NCBI GenBank assembly: GCA_965261545.1
Contig: CBDHDF010000008.1
Coordinates: 1-10,230, forward strand
DNA from: Bdellovibrionales bacterium
Lineage (GTDB): Bacteria > Bdellovibrionota > Bdellovibrionia > Bdellovibrionales > UBA1609
DNA length: 10,230 bases
Reading direction: 5' to 3'
The notes under the pieces were generated by a model. The model was given only the letters and a program-made list of their open reading frames with translations. It did not search any database and had not been told where the DNA came from. Below are positions 7,818 through 10,230 of the stretch, in pieces (within the stretch, counting starts at the first letter, position 1; every line of letters begins with the position of its first letter). Both the position numbers and the translations under genes were made by a program.

Positions 7818-7906
7818 CTCCCCACCAAGATCGCTCTCCTCCCCCGATGGGCCAATGGCATTCGTTTTTGCAGAAGGTTTTTCCACATTTTTCTGACTCC
7901 CTCTAA

Positions 7907-9497
7907 CATACTGAGTTAAGGGGGCTTTTATCTTTTTTCTTTTTCCGAAAAAAAATACTTGAGTCCACCCCATCGTTGTGTCACATTATATTTGAACCAT
8001 TCCCAAAGGGGAGAGACTCAAATGGACCCACGCATAGAGACATTGCCTTCAACAACTTTTTTTGGAAGACGCTTGACGCGCAAGCAAATTGCCGACATTC
8101 AAAAGACGGTGGCGCTATTTCCTTCTTTAAGTCGCCGTGAACTGGGTTATACAGTTTGTGAGCATCTTGGTTGGCTAACTCCCAAAGGTGATCATCGCAT
8201 CCAATCGTGCCTTCGTATGCTTGAGACGCTAGAGGAACTTGACATTCTATCCCTGCCAGAAAAAGACATGTCAAAGCGGAGTGTCCCCTCCAAAAAAATC
8301 ACTTGGACACACCGAACAGATGAAAAGCCTCTCATCAACGATAAACTAGACTCATTGACCCCACTTTCTTTGCAAATCGTAACTGATCAAGAGGCCATTA
8401 AGGAATGGAATGAAGTTGTCGATCGGCATCATTATCTCAATTACAGACGTCCCTTTGGTCCCCATTTGCGCTATTTCATCCTAGATAATTGTGGGCGACG
8501 ATTGGGTTGTCTTTTATTTGAAGCTGGCACATCCACTTTGCCTTGCCGTGATGAATGGATCGGTTGGCAAAATCGAGCTTACAAAAAGCACTTGAATTTA
8601 GTGGTGAACAATAGTCGATTTTTGATCTTTCCCTGGGTAAAGGTTCGCCATCTTGCTTCGATGGCTTTATCTATGGCAACTCGCCAACTTCCCACAGACT
8701 GGGAGTTAAAACATGCTTTCAAACCTGTACTCATGGAGACTTTTGTCGACCTTACCAAATTTAATGCCACGAGCTATCGTGCTGCCAACTGGCTTTATTT
8801 GGGCAAAACAAATGGGAGTCGTGCCTACAAAAATGTAAAGGGAAAAACTCAAAAAGGTGTTTATGTTCAACCTCTGACAAAGAATTATCAGTCTATCTTA
8901 TTGAATGGCCCCCAATGCGCTATCAAGAAACCCGTCGGGAAACCCACCATCAAGCCACATAAGAACTTGGCTGAGCCTATGCTAGAGGACTCTTTTGTGC
9001 ATCTTTGGCAAAACATCATCAAGACAGTGGTTATCATTGCAGATGAGTACGACCGAACCTGGCAAAAGCGTCAACGTGTCTTGAATACATTGTTGATTAT
9101 ACTTTTCATCTTCCGACTTGTTTTCTCTAAAGGAAAACAAGGTTATGATACAACTTTGATTGAACTTTGGGAGCAGTGTCGCATATTAGACATTGAACTC
9201 CCTCAACCTAAACCAGTTCGGGCATCCACTATGTGTAGTGCACGGGCTAAAGTAGATGAAAATATATTTAAAGTTTTGCATGATGAAATTCTTAAACAAG
9301 ACGGTATATCCAATTCTAGTACCTTATGGAAGGGCCATAAGGTTTTCGCAGTGGATGGATCGAAAATAAATTTACCACGTCAACTCGTAGATAATGGGTA
9401 TCAGCAACCATGGGAAAAAGCATGGTACCCTCAAGGTCTTGTCAGTTGCCTGTACCAACTACAGTCGAAGATTCCTGTGGATTTTGATCTCTTTGCC
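7907..9497 (+). mobile_element. Truncated IS4-family element
   Basis: Candidate left IR CATACTGAGTTAAGGGGGC at 7907 (CAT start, as in several IS4 groups), followed by the transposase gene. No matching right IR in the window. Confidence 0.6.
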
Positions 9498-9551
9498 CAA
9501 AATTCGGCAATGGTTTTTTGCAGATTTTTGAAATCAGACTTAACTATTTGA
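8022..9551 (+). pseudogene. DUF4338 (DruA/Mom-like) domain fused to an IS4-family transposase that is C-terminally truncated
   Basis: ATG 8022 after GGGGAGAG. DUF4338 motifs HHYL, RDEWIGW, NNSRFLIFPW, ETFVD and YRAANW..LG.T.G. Then IS4 motifs WQKRQR.LN, CSAR.K, AVDGSK..LP and YPQGLVSCLY. Homology appears to stop at DFDLFA (~9497), with no DRGY or RW.IE motif. Confidence 0.85.
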
Positions 9552-9663
9552 AATAACTATCAAATGGTTTCAATGAGTTAGCTCTCACTCATTCTCTATG
9601 ACATTTCTCAGCATTCCCCAAAATTTCCACCATTTGCTAATTTTGGCTAAGTGTTTGGCTAAG
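9497..9663. repeat. Nested inverted/direct repeat block with IHF-like boxes (recombination-site-like)
   Basis: 18-bp imperfect inverted repeat 9497-9514 / 9629-9646 (15 of 18). Inverted boxes TAACTATTTGAAA (9541-9553) and TTTCAATGAGTTA (9568-9580). Direct repeat TTTGGCTAAG at 9642 and 9654. Confidence 0.6.
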
Positions 9664-9831
9664 ACCGTAGCAGGGTCATTTTTTCAGGGTATCGTAGCAG
9701 CATTTTCTTCCTAACCAACTGAATTCTCTAACAAAAATTTGCAACACCCGCCTAGCAGAAATGGATACTTTTCAGTGAGGCAGGGGATTGCACAACAGGG
9801 GCTACGAATCTTAACCCCAAGGAGGCAAGCA

Positions 9832-10230
9832 ATGGGAAACGACGGAAAGATTGACGCACTTACCCTGAAGGTGTTGCGTGAAATTCGGGACTTAAGCCGT
9901 AAAGAAGCAGGTGTTCTTTTGGGCTTAAACCATAAGACGATTGCAAAACTTGAGAGTGGGAGGGCCATCCTGCACCGGAGCCGAATTGAAAAAACGGTGA
10001 AGGCTTATGACCTTACCTACGAGGACTTTTTGTCATGTCGTGAGGGCAAAAGTGAACAAATTCAAAAGAGATTTTGTCACAAAAAAGCACAGATCATTGG
10101 TAACAATAAGAGGGGTATTGGTAACAATAGGGAGCGACGCTTTAACAAACGGATCATCACCAAAGAAGCTCAGGTCTTAAAGGTTTTAAGGAAGCTCAAA
10201 AGATTCAGTCAACGCAAAGCCAGCCTTGTT
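9832..10230 (+). CDS. Tandem XRE-family helix-turn-helix regulator, runs off right edge
   Basis: AAGGAGG RBS at 9819-9825 and 133 open codons: MGNDGKIDALTLKVLREIRDLSRKEAGVLLGLNHKTIAKLESGR... A second unit begins VLKVLRKLKRFSQRKASLV. Not in the ORF track because it is partial. Confidence 0.85.
   Translation, partial: MGNDGKIDALTLKVLREIRDLSRKEAGVLLGLNHKTIAKLESGRAILHRSRIEKTVKAYDLTYEDFLSCREGKSEQIQKRFCHKKAQIIGNNKRGIGNNRERRFNKRIITKEAQVLKVLRKLKRFSQRKASLV
10096..10129 (+). repeat. 21-bp-period in-frame duplication in the HTH linker (IGNNKRG/IGNNRER)
   Basis: ATTGGTAACAATA occurs exactly at 10096 and 10117. Confidence 0.8.

Noticed and set aside
7856..7872. TGGCATTCGTTTTTGCA sigma54-like site
   Set aside because: The GG-GC spacing is one base too long, and no native gene follows.
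7959..8021. TTG start for the 530-aa ORF
   Set aside because: ATG 8022 has the purine-rich RBS, and the extension does not look like part of the domain.
8022..8880. Complete Druantia anti-phage system
   Set aside because: Only a DruA-like domain fused to a transposase is present. There is no DruE helicase or other dru gene in the window.
9539..9550. CTTAACTATTTG as the right IR of the IS4 element
   Set aside because: Only the 7-bp CTTAACT core clearly matches the expected CTTAACTCAGTATG. It is better explained as part of an IHF-like box.
9496..9646. Simple MITE insertion, or CCCAAAATT (9496, 9617) as a target-site duplication
   Set aside because: The transposase does not resume after either boundary (no DRGY or RW.IE motif), and no duplication flanks the 18-bp inverted pair.
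9497..9806. CRISPR array or tRNA in the repeat-rich block
   Set aside because: The repeats are short and irregularly spaced, with no unique spacers and no cloverleaf.
9711..9968. 85-aa minus-strand ORF
   Set aside because: It is antisense to the HTH gene, which has a strong RBS and a clear motif.

Overview
This is an AT-rich bacterial window. The protein styles suggest Bdellovibrionota/Bacteriovoracia, but that is inference only. The core is an intact two-gene + strand operon: a 401-aa outer-membrane beta-barrel (putative porin-like, 1090-2295) followed by a ~1,680-aa exported, probably lipid-anchored protein of unknown function (2331-7379). The large protein has a duplicated Cys-Cys-NPW domain and a Ser-rich amphipathic hairpin resembling those of beta-pore-forming proteins. 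Mobile-element pieces flank the operon. On the left is the end of a TGT...ACA transposon (1-840, minus strand) with a Zn-ribbon accessory gene and the 5' end of a DDE transposase that the ORF track misses. On the right, in order, are a ~67-bp IS3-family left-end scar, the 3' fragment of another outer-membrane protein gene, a truncated IS4-family transposase fused to an intact DUF4338 (DruA/Mom-like) domain, a ~310-bp non-coding block of inverted/direct repeats with IHF-like boxes, and a tandem XRE-HTH regulator that runs off the right edge (also missed by the ORF track). No rRNA, tRNA or CRISPR array was seen. All family assignments come from recalled motifs, not database searches.
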